Origin: a virus
Virus record (IMG/VR): IMGVR_UViG_3300033149_001159
Coordinates: 4,739 to 68,738 of that record
Strand: one strand, 5' to 3'
Length of the DNA stretch: 64,000 nucleotides
Part shown: positions 43,549 to 54,501 of the stretch, one piece after another
Layout: each line of letters begins with the position of its first letter
Numbering within the stretch: position 1 is the stretch's first letter
Position numbers and translations under genes: made by a program
The notes under the pieces: generated by a model
The model's input: only the letters and a program-made list of their open reading frames with translations
Database searches by the model: none
Told to the model about the DNA's origin: nothing

Positions 43549-44148
43549 TCACACCTCCCCTTGTTCGTTCGCGGTATTCAGTGCATCCGCTGCGATTCTA
43601 TCTTCCAAGTCTGCAATCTTGCCCTTGACCCGTTCGAGCATTTCAGCGTCGGGTTTGACGGGCCGCCAACCACCCAGGGTAAGATCACGGTGTTCTAGGT
43701 GCATGGGCATGACCAGGGCATACAATTCGTTCTCGGCTTTGTCATGCCCAAAGACCTCGAACGCCCCCCTAGGCGTAAAGAACCGCAAGATCGTAGGCCG
43801 TTCTGGGTCCATTCCTGCCAGGGCTTCTTTCAGATACTTTGCGTTCACTGCAATGGCAAACTGGACTGGCCCCTTGGGCATGACTTGATCCATATTGGGA
43901 AACTTCCCTTCGACTTCGGTCAATTCGGCCACAAAGTTCCCCGAAGGAACCTTGCCCCTGACTATGCCCGTGGTGTCCTGTAGGCATTCTGGGGTCTTTG
44001 CTGCGTGCATTCGGAACCCGTCAACCCCCGTGATAGTACCATCTGCGACGTTGATTCCCGTTATCACTGGTCGGGTTTCGTCCTTGGCTGCTGCCTTCTG
44101 CACCCAGCGAATCAGCGTGCTTTCCTGTTTGTTGCCCTTGACTATCAT
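43549..44148 (-). CDS. truncated DNA polymerase III beta-clamp-like protein
   Basis: KDETRPVITG, DGFRMH, EGKFPNMDQVMP, VNAKYLKEAL, ALVMPM match middle/C-terminal clamp motifs; only 199 aa. Confidence 0.75.
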   Translation of the reverse strand: MIVKGNKQESTLIRWVQKAAAKDETRPVITGINVADGTITGVDGFRMHAAKTPECLQDTTGIVRGKVPSGNFVAELTEVEGKFPNMDQVMPKGPVQFAIAVNAKYLKEALAGMDPERPTILRFFTPRGAFEVFGHDKAENELYALVMPMHLEHRDLTLGGWRPVKPDAEMLERVKGKIADLEDRIAADALNTANEQGEV

Positions 44149-44324
44149 TCTACCCCCCTTTCATCCTCGTCCCCCTCGTCGTGGTCGCACAAAGTGTAGG
44201 GTACCTCTACGCCATCCAGGGCCACGCATGTCACCACTCCCCCGTAGACGTGCACCACTAGCGTAGCCTCGCCCCTTTCCAATATCCCCTTGACCGTTTC
44301 TTTTGCGTTCATATTCCCCCCCCT

Positions 44325-44942
44325 TTAGTTGTGTCTATAGGCGACGGCGTCAAAGCCCCCGCCCCAGCCCAAGTCATCAGCCACGTCCTGGGTCATGGCT
44401 TCCACGTCCATTTCTAGGCCGTCATAGCTTGCCCATTGTTCCTCTGGTGTGTCAAGCCACAGATCAAGCCATTCCTCTAGGGAATTGACCTTCCGGTACC
44501 CTGGCCCCGCCGGTAGCCCCAATCCCCATTGCACTAGGGTTTCCCCGCCTATGATGCAAGTAAACTCTTCGGGGTCGTCCGTTGCCAAGTCTTTCCAATA
44601 CGCCCTTGCCGCCACCCCCGCCTTTTCTTCGGATTCGGCCACAACATAGTCTCCCCCGCCGGTCTCAAGTTCTGGCAGGTATCTGCCCACAGCAACCTTA
44701 GACACCCCCAGCCGCTCACCGTCAATCACGACTAGCCTCCCGCCCTCGATTATCTTTGTCATTTCCCCCCCCTTGTCTGCTAGTTCATCCATAAAGGCCC
44801 GGATAGCGGGTTCAATCGGGTGTAGGTCGACTTCATGGCCCCCCTCATCGTATTCCCGAATCCACTGTTCCCCTACCCAATACCCGAACCAGTGCCCCGT
44901 TTGAGTGTCCAGCCGTGCATAGCTTACCTTGTCTAGATTCAT
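44325..44942 (-). CDS. acidic hypothetical protein
   Basis: Ends ASYDG.E; N-terminus resembles the neighbouring 44939 ORF (GH.F.W.G..WI.EYD..G). Confidence 0.55.
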   Translation of the reverse strand: MNLDKVSYARLDTQTGHWFGYWVGEQWIREYDEGGHEVDLHPIEPAIRAFMDELADKGGEMTKIIEGGRLVVIDGERLGVSKVAVGRYLPELETGGGDYVVAESEEKAGVAARAYWKDLATDDPEEFTCIIGGETLVQWGLGLPAGPGYRKVNSLEEWLDLWLDTPEEQWASYDGLEMDVEAMTQDVADDLGWGGGFDAVAYRHN

Positions 44943-45430
44943 ACCCCCCCTAGTTGCTCAATGTACGCCCAAACGATAGCCATGATCGAGTGCTGCCCGT
45001 ATCTTGACCCCGTGGCGTCATACTCAAATATCCATTCCCCGCCCTCCCAAACGAAGGAATGCCCAGAATATGCATCATCCCAAACGAATCTCACGTTACT
45101 ACCCCCTTTGCAAATAGCAGCACCATAATAGCCCACACCAACAGAACGAACAGAACCCCCAAGCACCCCGCCGCGTACTGTATCCGTGTTTTGTCCATAG
45201 CCCCTCCCCTTTTACCGCGCGCGGTACTATACGCGCCGGATGTACAGCGTAAACACTGGATCGCCAGACCTTACCCGCACCTGCCCCACTTTGACCGCGT
45301 CCTCTGGTATGTCCTGGTGCCACCCCGCCGCACCCGCCCGCCACCCTGCCGGGCAATCCGCTTGCACTTGGTGAACCGCGTCAAAGACCCCCGCCCTGTA
45401 GTAGTTGTGAAACCCCACTTTTGCTGCTGC

Positions 45431-45857
45431 CTGTTCGTTTGTCATTTTACCCTCCTTATCTGATATAACCATCCGTGCACATGTAGCGATGCTCTTCGTT
45501 CCCCTGCCAGCACTCGATGATCCAGGCGTTGCCGTCCGCATCAGCCTGCGGGTCGTCCGGCAGGTATAACTGTGCAATGTGCGTATGCCAGCCCTGCATC
45601 GTATCGCGTTCCTGCTCAGCGCATTCCCTGCGTGCGAAGGTCTTGATCCTAGTCATTTCCACCTCCTTGGTGTAGGCACGTATGCCCGCAAGTATTCCGC
45701 GGCGTCCACGTAGGCCCGCCACCTACCCTCTGCGGCTGCGTGTTGCGTGTTGTACTGGCCCCTCGTGACTTTGGCGTCTTCTGCATAGAGTAAAGCCTTC
45801 TGGTCAAGCCTGCGAATCACTGATCGGATCTGTTCATCTGTCATTTTACCCTCCTTA
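45431..45857. repeat. 28-bp direct repeat spanning RBS and start of two early genes
   Basis: 45431-45458 and 45830-45857 match at 26/28; minus strand TAAGGAGGGTAAAATGAC..., encoding MTNEQ and MTDEQ. Confidence 0.8.
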
Positions 45858-45986
45858 GTTCTAGCTTGACTGCCCTGCGCGCCTTGGCCCGTAGTTCTGC
45901 CCGCCGCCGTAGAAACGCCTTCCGCTTACGGATAGCATCTAGGTCTCTCATCATGCCCTCCCCTGGGGAACCGCACCCCCGAATTG

Positions 45987-46508
45987 TCACCCGACGACAA
46001 CCGCACCCATCAAGACCCGTCGGTTGAGCTTGTAGAAGTGATACTGGTTCGGCCAGTCCCTAACGACCTTACGCCGTGGATTGACCACAACGAAGGTCTG
46101 TTCCGTGAGCCCCCCGCGAAACGTGATAGGCTCCACCGTCCGTATCACAAGCCCCTTGCGCAAGCGGGGCGGCTTCAGCGCAAGCCGCTCCCTGCACCGC
46201 TTGCGCCATTCCACAGCCCGCGGCCACACCGTTGGCGTCAACAGGTCAAGTATTCGCTGTGGGCAATCACACTCAAAAGGCCCTATATCTTCCGACATGT
46301 CCTTGTAGCAGAAGTTGAAACGCGGATCGTTGCGCTGATACCTGAGTAGTATCACTCGCGCGTGAACCCCCCCGTCTGGCCCCCGTAGCGCAGCGTACGC
46401 CGTCATGCCCTGCCTGCCTATGTCTACCAGTTCATACGGTAGAAACTCCGACTTGAACCACTCCGCATCTGTTACGCCTTTTTCCCGCCTTGCGCATGTC
46501 CAGCCCAT
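45987..46508 (-). CDS. conserved hypothetical protein (DUF6927-like)
   Basis: MGWT..FCYKDMSEDIGP..CPQRILDLLTP..WR.RC. Confidence 0.65.
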   Translation of the reverse strand: MGWTCARREKGVTDAEWFKSEFLPYELVDIGRQGMTAYAALRGPDGGVHARVILLRYQRNDPRFNFCYKDMSEDIGPFECDCPQRILDLLTPTVWPRAVEWRKRCRERLALKPPRLRKGLVIRTVEPITFRGGLTEQTFVVVNPRRKVVRDWPNQYHFYKLNRRVLMGAVVVG

Positions 46509-46565
46509 GATAAACCCCCTTTCTCTTTCACTATACCCCAACACCGGCAGCATAGTGCCCACAGC

Positions 46566-46593
46566 GTAGCACAGAACCCCCGTTCTGTGCTAC
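46566..46593. repeat. perfect 12-bp inverted repeat
   Basis: GTAGCACAGAAC-CCCC-GTTCTGTGCTAC, intergenic. Confidence 0.75.
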
Positions 46594-46602
46594 ATCTGAG
46601 CA

Positions 46603-46896
46603 CTATCCCCAATCCTCTATGTCTGGATCATACCCCTGCCGCATCAATTCGTCCGCAATCAACGCGTCAACGGTGCCGCAATCAAGCCGCCCGCAGTCAC
46701 CATTGAGCAACTCCCGCAGAGCCGCCCCTATGCGTGCCCATTCTGGCCCCAGGAATGCATCAGCCGATAGCCCCGCGCCGTTCCGCGCCATATGCCGCGC
46801 CCCGTACAATTGCCACGCCCGCACCATGCCGACAATGCCAGTCTCCGGCCCCTGAGGTTCCCTCCACGCCAATTCATGCCGCAAAGCCCAGTGCAT
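46603..46896 (-). CDS. hypothetical protein
   Basis: LLNGDCGRLDCGTVD motif; RBS present. Confidence 0.55.
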   Translation of the reverse strand: MHWALRHELAWREPQGPETGIVGMVRAWQLYGARHMARNGAGLSADAFLGPEWARIGAALRELLNGDCGRLDCGTVDALIADELMRQGYDPDIEDWG

Positions 46897-48198
46897 TTTT
46901 ACCCCCTTCCCTGGTCACAATAAAACATAACTATCGTTCTGATTGCTATGTCATAAGCAGCCGCCCGTTGGCTGGCGCCAAATGCCCGGCGACCCAACCC
47001 CCCCCTCGATAAAATGCTGCCCCCCGCCGATTGGCATCGCGCAACCGCCGCAATTCTCGCAGTATATGCCGTGTAAGCCGCTTCTCGCTCATGTTACGTT
47101 ACCCCTTCCCGATAGTCTACTACCCAAGTCACACCCTGCGAAACAGCCAGCATAACCACCCCGGCTTTCGAACCCGCACGGTATGCCCACAATAGCGCAC
47201 CCTGCATAACTGCCTACCGTATGCCCTAACGTCCCAACCAATCGACAACCCAATACCCCACCATTGCCAAGACCCCAGCCGTTTCACGCTACCCCCTTTT
47301 CGCATTCTATGGGCTTGTGCAACTCTTGCGCCAAGCGTTCTGCAACCTCCCGCCGCCGTGTTCTATAGCACCCCGTGCACCCGTTGCCCGGCAACCATTC
47401 CCAGCCCCGCCTAAACATTCCCCCCCTTGCCTTGTAGAGAATCCCCAACGCTAACCACCCCTCTTCGACCTCAACGACCCGTATCATTACCCCCCCTGTC
47501 TATAATTGCTAACGCGTCCTGATATGCCTCCGCCCGTGCGCGATGTACACACACTAGAAGATGCTGCCTGTGCTTGCGCCAACACCGAACCCAGCCGCGC
47601 TCGCGCTCGATGCAATGCTCCAGTTGCTGCCGAATTGTCACTGTAACCTCCTAGTCGAATATATCCCAACATATCCCAAATGTGTAAAATGTGTATTGTG
47701 TGCCCTCCCTCCCCCGCTCCCCCCGCCCCCCTATACCCCTTGTGGTCAAAGGGCCAGCGTCCCACTTTGCCATAGAAAACACGGGGTCAATAGGGCGGGC
47801 GTCCCACTTGGCGCAGGGGTTGGTCGATAACCTAACTCTTGCGGACTTGGTCATTTTTTCACGAATTCCGCCGAATCCACAACCAAGCGCCAAGCGCCAA
47901 GCCACACCAAGCGAGTAGCAGCGCTGACAAGTAGACGTTGATGATCGACTCGATCGTTTCTTGCGCTGTCATGTTTACACTTCTCCTGCGTATCGCCGCA
48001 AGTAGCACACTGCTTGCAGCAGCTCGTCCATCCGGGTATACTGGTGTCGTATAGAATCTCGCAAAGCTTTTTCGTGGTCGGATACGCGTTCAGGGGATAC
48101 ACCGGCATAAAACTTGTGATGAAGTCGTGACTTGTCGTGGTCAAGCTTGCGTCGCAGCGACTTCATCCTCATCCTAGCGTACAATGTCAAGTCTCTAT

Positions 48199-48434
48199 CG
48201 TTCACTTTGACACCTCCTGGATAGTGCATAGCATACCATATGGCAGCCGCTTGCAGACGGCCGTTATGGCGCTCGACAACCCGACACATTTACCACAAAA
48301 GAAACTGTCAATGCGGCTGCCAGCTGGCAGCTGAAACCGATGTTCGCGCGTTCTCTGCAGTTCGTTCTCTAGTTCTGCGAGTATGCAGCTAATCAATGCG
48401 TTCTGTTCTTGCGCGTTCACTTTGACACCTCCTG
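48199..48434. repeat. exact 21-bp direct repeat spanning RBS and GTG start of two early genes
   Basis: CGTTCACTTTGACACCTCCTG at 48199-48219 and 48414-48434. Confidence 0.85.
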
Positions 48435-48703
48435 CGTTTTGTGTTTGTGCGACTACTGCGCACACTTGAACGCCAAACCGAAGTTTGGCGTTCTGTGTAT
48501 GCACTAGACGGGACGTCCAGGCAGGTATGCTCCCCAGCCAAGTTCTCGTGCCAGGCTGGCCAGTTCATTGCGTATCACCTGCGAATAATGGGTAGGTACC
48601 CACGGGATAATACTGTCGTGATACGCAATGCGTGCTAACAGCGCTTCCCGGATTCTGTTCACGCTCGTGACCTCTACGGGCGGGGATAGGCGCTCACAAA
48701 GTG

Positions 48704-48979
48704 TCATTGTACTGTCTCCTTTGCTGTGATCGCATCTTCGACTACTGCAATCGCAAACCGTATTGTGTTGAGTTCTCCACTGATGTACGCTCGCTTGGCC
48801 TTGTCCTTCGATAGTCTGTTATACTTCTGTTCCATCTCTAGTCGCTGTCTGTGCTCGTCCAGCGTATTGCGAATTGCATCAACGAGCCTTCTCTCGCCAA
48901 ACACCGCCGTGACTAGTTCTGCTTTTTGTGCTGCTGTACATTGCTGTTGCTGGCCTTTCAGTACTTGCTCCAGTTTCAT
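48704..48979 (-). CDS. hypothetical protein, first gene of leftward arm
   Basis: GGAGG RBS; adjacent to divergence region. Confidence 0.55.
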   Translation of the reverse strand: MKLEQVLKGQQQQCTAAQKAELVTAVFGERRLVDAIRNTLDEHRQRLEMEQKYNRLSKDKAKRAYISGELNTIRFAIAVVEDAITAKETVQ

Positions 48980-49034
48980 TCTACGCCTCCCACTTGTGAT
49001 AGTGCTCGCGCACGCCTACAGCATAGCACGCCCA

Positions 49035-49216
49035 GCGTAAAGGGAGCGTAAAGGTAGCGTAAAGGCGGCGTAAAACTTGCGTAAATATCGTATGAAGACA
49101 TTATGAAGACATTATGAAGAAACACACCTTCGCACTATGCCCATTATGGCAACACGGGGATCTGAAGAGACCGGACCGGAGACCAGAGACCGGAGACCAG
49201 ACCAGGACCAGGACCA
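49035..49216. repeat. phased tandem repeat cluster
   Basis: GCGTAAA x5 at 11-bp period (49035-49085), TATGAAGA x3 at 11-bp period (49091-49120), then a GACC(A/G)G run (about 49168-49216). Confidence 0.85.
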
Positions 49217-49327
49217 GGGCAGGAGCGGAGCAGGCCAGCGGAATAGGGGGGGGACTTGTCATAACGGGTGTCAAGCGCTGACGCAATCTACGCCTACTTT
49301 TTCCCCTTACTGGTTACTTCGTATGTC

Positions 49328-49356
49328 TTGACAAGTGGCTTGTTCTTTGCTATACT
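49328..49356 (+). promoter_or_regulatory. rightward promoter
   Basis: TTGACA-N17-TATACT with extended -10 TG. Confidence 0.75.
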
Positions 49357-49543
49357 GTGGGTCAATTGGGGAGTGCGAATGACTGAGACGGAGTATGAAG
49401 AGTTGGTGGCCCTTCTCTGCCAGTTACTGGTGTTGGCGGGCGTGCCTGACTTGGTTGCTGCGAAGACTTTTGCCGATTACGTCTATGTCTTACCGGCTTC
49501 TTCGTAGGTTGTTGTTGTAGGGGCTTGACACTGTAATTGAATC

Positions 49544-49572
49544 TTGACAAATTGGTCTGTGCCTGCTATACT
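49544..49572 (+). promoter_or_regulatory. rightward promoter
   Basis: TTGACA-N17-TATACT with extended -10 TG. Confidence 0.75.
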
Positions 49573-49830
49573 GTGTATGCAAGAATACGCTCCCACGCCT
49601 ATTGCCTATTGCCCGTTCTGCGGGGTGGAATTGCCGGATGTGAGTGGTAAGGATAGAAACACCGATACTTGTGGGAAAGTATAGGGAAGTTTAGCCAAAA
49701 TGACTGAAAAAGACCCCAAAACTCCGAAAAAAGCCGTAGGGGGCGAAAATACCGCCGAAAAGCCCGCATTTGGCCTTGGACCCGTCCAGTTGAGCATAAA
49801 AGCTCTCATTTACCCGCTATCTGGAGAAGA

Positions 49831-50175
49831 ATGATGGGCGTTCCATACCGCGCCATAGACTACCTAGAAGATGTGGTTGATTCCGGCCTATTCGTAACCC
49901 TAGACACCGAAACCCAAGACCGTCTATTACAAGGCGTTGGAGGCCCGGAACAGTGGAAGCTCAAGACAGGCAGGGCATGGACGGGAAAGCGGCTAATCCC
50001 CATCGGCGCAAACCCGGCTATGACTGTCCTACAAACCATCAAGGACATTTTCATTGGCGAATCGCATCTTGCGCCCACGCTGAAGAAGGCCTGGCACTGC
50101 GACCACTGTGGTAGGCTGAACTGGCTAGATAGGCTAACTTGTGAGGGGTGTGGGGCGCCGAGGCGAGAATGGTGA
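49831..50175 (+). CDS. hypothetical protein with C-terminal RanBP2-like Zn finger
   Basis: WHCDHCGRLN..CEGCGAPR. Confidence 0.6.
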   Translation: MMGVPYRAIDYLEDVVDSGLFVTLDTETQDRLLQGVGGPEQWKLKTGRAWTGKRLIPIGANPAMTVLQTIKDIFIGESHLAPTLKKAWHCDHCGRLNWLDRLTCEGCGAPRREW

Positions 50176-50312
50176 AACAGTGCGATTGCGACGACGTCGT
50201 ACCTTCTGCGACTAGCTGGTTCTCTAGAAGAAGCCCAGGCGACTGATGTGGTTGTGTTTGAAGGGTATTAGCTTATGGGGCCTACACGCCCTTTGTGTAG
50301 AAAAGGAGAAAC

Positions 50313-50846
50313 ATGACCACTGAGCTGGAAGAAAGAATACCGGCGATGGAAGACTACGTTGATGGCGAGTGGGTGTTCACAGTTGACGGCAAGGTAACGC
50401 GATTCAAGGACTGGCGAAAGAAGAAGGAGTTTCTGCTAGATGAAGCTGAGGCTCGTAAGGCTGCGGGGGACATGCGATTGATCTCGCGCGGCATCACTCG
50501 TGCTGCCATAGAAGCCAATAAGGCCCCGCGAGCTGCGTACAATGCCGAAATTGTACCTGGCCGCGACTACCGTATCTACAGCCGGTCTAAGGGCTGGACT
50601 TGCATCTTGTGTGGGGCGCACTACAAGCTAGATCCCATAAAGAAGTGGTGGCAGTTCTGGAGGAAGGGCTACCCGCCATACCACGCTGGTGGGGCTCGCG
50701 TCCCACCGTTTGGGTGGCAGATCAGTTCTGATGGCGATACCGTGTTTTGCAAAAAGTGCCGGAAGGACGGGCGCTGGAGAATGCCGCGAAATATCAGCGA
50801 CTACTTTAAGCCAACTATGAAAGAGTTTATGGAAAGGTTCACATGA
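50313..50846 (+). CDS. hypothetical protein
   Basis: AAGGAG RBS; CILCG..CKKC. Confidence 0.6.
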   Translation: MTTELEERIPAMEDYVDGEWVFTVDGKVTRFKDWRKKKEFLLDEAEARKAAGDMRLISRGITRAAIEANKAPRAAYNAEIVPGRDYRIYSRSKGWTCILCGAHYKLDPIKKWWQFWRKGYPPYHAGGARVPPFGWQISSDGDTVFCKKCRKDGRWRMPRNISDYFKPTMKEFMERFT

Positions 50847-51613
50847 TTACCTGGACACAAAAGCTATTTGGGCCAAGAGACCACCTTGATGCCATTGCGG
50901 TGGTTTCTGAGTGGCTCCGCGGGCTCCACGGTGAAGTAAAGTACTTTAGCATGGTTCCTGTAGGGGAAGCGGTGTTGGTGGTTGCGGGTTACGAACCGCT
51001 GAAAGACGTTTACGAGTATGTTTATGAAGCTGGTTCAGCTCCGTAGTGTTAGCGTTACTGATACTGGGATAGTACATTCTACTGAGCCCTACGTGGCAGC
51101 GGTGATAGGGTTGCAGTTAATGGACGTGACTATGCCAGCAGCGGTAACTATTCACCCACCAGCAAGGGCGTACTTGCCTGTTGCGGGTGCGGACCTAGCT
51201 CTGTGGGCTGAGAGAGTGCTGGTGTGGCATAAACTAAGGAAAGAATGGGTGGATTACTGGAAGCTGCAAAGGGGGATGTATGGATAAACTAACTGATAGC
51301 CTTTTCAACGTAGTGTACTTGATCGCAATTGTGGGCTCACTGCTACTCCTAGCAGGACTCGTAGCAATGCTTCTGTGTCTAATGGGGGTGTTGTGACTGA
51401 TACCGCGCGCGGTACAAAGTGGATAAGCGACGAACTTGTCGATTACTTACTGGCACGCCAGGAGCTGCAAAGCTCACTCATCAGTGCGATGGCAGACTAC
51501 ACATTTCGCCGCACCGATGCTCTTATGATGGGCGAGAAGTTTGACGAACAAGTCCCAGAAGAGATGATTGAGCTTGCCAAGGACTTGTGGCCCATGCCAG
51601 AAGATGACGGCTA

Positions 51614-51943
51614 GTGTTCAAAGTTGGGGGATTGATGACAACTAAACAGCGGCTTGACAAACTAGAAGCATCGGTAGACGCACTATCAGAACGGATAGAT
51701 AACCTGGCGCGGTGGCATGCTAGAGACTACGATAAGCTTCGCAAAGATTTCAGGGGATTCATAGCGACGCCAATGGTTGAGTTGACCTATGAGCCCGTGA
51801 ACAACGACGCGCTCAGGGAATGGCTCGACCAGGAAATAGCAAGGCTAGAACATCACGAAAAGATGCCAGATCGCAGGGCCGAGTGGCTTTGGGGCCAACT
51901 TGCGGCCTTCCGCGCGGTTAAGGACTTTCTCAAGAATGCCTGA
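51614..51943 (+). CDS. hypothetical coiled-coil protein
   Basis: ORF in late-arm orientation. Confidence 0.5.
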   Translation: MFKVGGLMTTKQRLDKLEASVDALSERIDNLARWHARDYDKLRKDFRGFIATPMVELTYEPVNNDALREWLDQEIARLEHHEKMPDRRAEWLWGQLAAFRAVKDFLKNA

Positions 51944-52532
51944 CACCCTGGGCTACACCAAGTTCCCCACAGCACCCGACACTGACGACCCCACTATCAA
52001 GCCGTTCCGCCAGGAAGTGTTCAACAAGCTTGTAACTGGCTGGAGCCCGTCGCGGATCTCTGCCATCATGGAAAGTTACTACCACGTTGTGATCACAGAG
52101 CCTGACATTCTCGAATACGCCAAGCTCATCCCGCCAGAAGTCAAGATACGGGTTCCCTACCTACACCGACTACTGCATCTGTTGGACATTGAAGTAGACC
52201 CAATGGGGGAGATGCAGCGGCTAATGAAGTTCATGGCAATTCGCCTAGACGAAGCACTACAGGCAGAAGAAGACATCCAAGGCGGAAGTCCCGCAAACAA
52301 GAAAAAGGCCGCCGACAAAGTAATTCAGCGGGCCAAAGACTACTGGCGGTTCCTAGGCGACTACATTGAACGCATTGCTACCATGCGGGCCGCAGGCGTA
52401 TCTAGAGAAGTGGTGATCCCAGGCAAGGTTCCATCCGTAAGAGACCTACTAGAACAAACTGGCACCGATAGGATTGTAGACGTGGCAAGTAAGCTGTTGC
52501 CGGAAGGCAAGAATGGACCTAGTTCAAACTGA
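51936..52532 (+). CDS. probable terminase small subunit
   Basis: Immediately upstream of and overlapping TerL; HTH-like N-terminus. Positional. Confidence 0.5.
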   Translation: MPDTLGYTKFPTAPDTDDPTIKPFRQEVFNKLVTGWSPSRISAIMESYYHVVITEPDILEYAKLIPPEVKIRVPYLHRLLHLLDIEVDPMGEMQRLMKFMAIRLDEALQAEEDIQGGSPANKKKAADKVIQRAKDYWRFLGDYIERIATMRAAGVSREVVIPGKVPSVRDLLEQTGTDRIVDVASKLLPEGKNGPSSN

Positions 52533-54369
52533 CTACAAGCTGATAACCGAGCATCTCCTTCGGAACTACACCCGTAAAGAATTGGAAGACCAAGGCTTCT
52601 TGGATAGGCAGTTCGACAAAGAACTGCGAACCCAGCTTGCCCGCAAAGACATGGGGTTCTTTTGCCGCTTTTACTTGCACGAACACTTTAGCAAACCACC
52701 CGCCAAAGTACACTGGACCCTGTTTGCTGAAGTCAAGAAGCTCATCGAAACCCCTGGTAGGCAACACATGGTGTTGGTTTTGCCCAGGGGCTGGGCCAAG
52801 ACCACTATTGCTACACTCGCTGTTCCGTTATGGTGCGTGATGTTCAACCTGAAAAAGCACATCGGAATTGTGAGTGATAGCCAAGACCAGGCCAAAGACC
52901 AGCTTCAGACTCTAAAGAGCGAGTTAGAACACAACGAAAGACTCAGAGAAGACTTCGGCAACCTGGTTGGTAAAAACATTTGGCAAATGATGGACATCGA
53001 AACCGCTTCGCACATTAGGATTAGAGCCTTTGGAACGGGCCAGAAGATTCGTGGCAGGAAGCACGGCAAAGACCGCTTTGACCTACTGCTACTAGACGAC
53101 CTTGAAAACCTAAAAGCAGTTAATAGCCAGGCAGCCCGCGAGGCCCTTCACCGTTTTGTCTACGGCTCTGTAATGAAGGCGGGCTGGACAGACACTACAA
53201 TAATCGCGATGGGCAACTTCTTGCATTGGGACTGCTTGCTGATGAACATGGTCAAGAACCCAATGTTCAAGAGTATTGTGTTCAAGGCCATGGTTTCATG
53301 GCCCGACAACATGGACATGTGGGACCACTGGCGCGACTTGATTACTAACCTGGATGACCCACAAAAAAACGAGACCGCCAAAGCCTACTTTGAAGCCCAC
53401 AAAGAAGAAATGCTCCAGGGCGCAGAAAGCTCGTGGCCCGACGCGTTTTCAGTCTACGACCTTATGATGATGCGGGTTTCTGACGGGGAAGCGTCTTTTG
53501 CCATGGAGCTCCAGAATGAACCCATAGACCCAACACGAAGATTCTTCAAGTCCTGGGGGATCTACCGCAGGGCCCGCAAGCTTGAAGATACCTGGCTAGT
53601 ACCCGCCGCCAACCAACCAGCAGTCAGACTTAAAGACTGTGCCATCTTTGCGTTCACCGACCCGTCTTTGGGGAAAACTGCACGGGCGGACTATTCGGCG
53701 ATTATAATTCTGGCAAAGGCTCCTACAAGGCAACAGTTTGTGCTAGAAGCGGACATCAAGCGCAGGCCGCTAGACCAGCTTATCAAAGATCAGATCAAGT
53801 ACGCGAAAAAATATAAGATTACTAGGTGGGGGATTGAGTCCAACGCGTTCCAGGCTCTCTTTACAACCGATAGCGCCAGGGCGAGCATGCAATCTGGAGT
53901 CTACATGCCCATCGCACCAGTAAACCAGATAGCCAACAAGACCGCGCGAATCCAGACATTGCAACCTGACTTGGAAAATAGGTACATTCTCTTACCAGAG
54001 AATGGGGCCAAGCTGCTCAAGCAACAGCTAGAACGGTGGAAGCCCAGCTCTACTGGCAACGACGACGGCCCTGACGCTCTGGAGGGCGCGCGGAACCTGG
54101 CGCGAGAATGGGAACCATTGGATGTAGTTGAGATAGTCCAGGGCGACATACACCAGTTCAATAAGCACGAACACGACAGGGGTACGGAACAATACGATCC
54201 CTGGGATGAAGCTGACAAATTGGCAGATGAAAGAATCAGGGAGTATAGACTAGCCCAGAGAGATGCCATAATGAACGAATTGGAGGGCGAGGAGCGAGAG
54301 GCCGCGCTAGCCAAGTTACCAGTCCTGGAAGAAAAGCCAGAGGTGTTTGTCCCCAAGATGGTTTACTAA
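52513..54369 (+). CDS. terL: terminase large subunit
   Basis: PRGWAKTT (Walker A), LLLLDDLE (Walker B), FTDPS and DDGPDA nuclease motifs. Confidence 0.93.
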   Translation: MDLVQTDYKLITEHLLRNYTRKELEDQGFLDRQFDKELRTQLARKDMGFFCRFYLHEHFSKPPAKVHWTLFAEVKKLIETPGRQHMVLVLPRGWAKTTIATLAVPLWCVMFNLKKHIGIVSDSQDQAKDQLQTLKSELEHNERLREDFGNLVGKNIWQMMDIETASHIRIRAFGTGQKIRGRKHGKDRFDLLLLDDLENLKAVNSQAAREALHRFVYGSVMKAGWTDTTIIAMGNFLHWDCLLMNMVKNPMFKSIVFKAMVSWPDNMDMWDHWRDLITNLDDPQKNETAKAYFEAHKEEMLQGAESSWPDAFSVYDLMMMRVSDGEASFAMELQNEPIDPTRRFFKSWGIYRRARKLEDTWLVPAANQPAVRLKDCAIFAFTDPSLGKTARADYSAIIILAKAPTRQQFVLEADIKRRPLDQLIKDQIKYAKKYKITRWGIESNAFQALFTTDSARASMQSGVYMPIAPVNQIANKTARIQTLQPDLENRYILLPENGAKLLKQQLERWKPSSTGNDDGPDALEGARNLAREWEPLDVVEIVQGDIHQFNKHEHDRGTEQYDPWDEADKLADERIREYRLAQRDAIMNELEGEEREAALAKLPVLEEKPEVFVPKMVY

Positions 54370-54501
54370 GACTATGAAATGTGGAATCAGAGGCCTACTC
54401 ACGATCCTGGCCAGGTTGTGGCTCGAAAACGCAGAGCTGAAAGCCTTAGTGGCTGCCTACGAAATCGAGATTGAAGAACTCTATGATGAGCTGGAGGGTT
54501 G

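Noticed and set aside
47487-47918. ORFs across the G/C-tract island
   Set aside because: Low-complexity translations without convincing RBS; treated as probably non-coding.
49035-49216. Short repeats as a CRISPR mini-array
   Set aside because: Units are 5-11 bp in tandem with no unique spacers.
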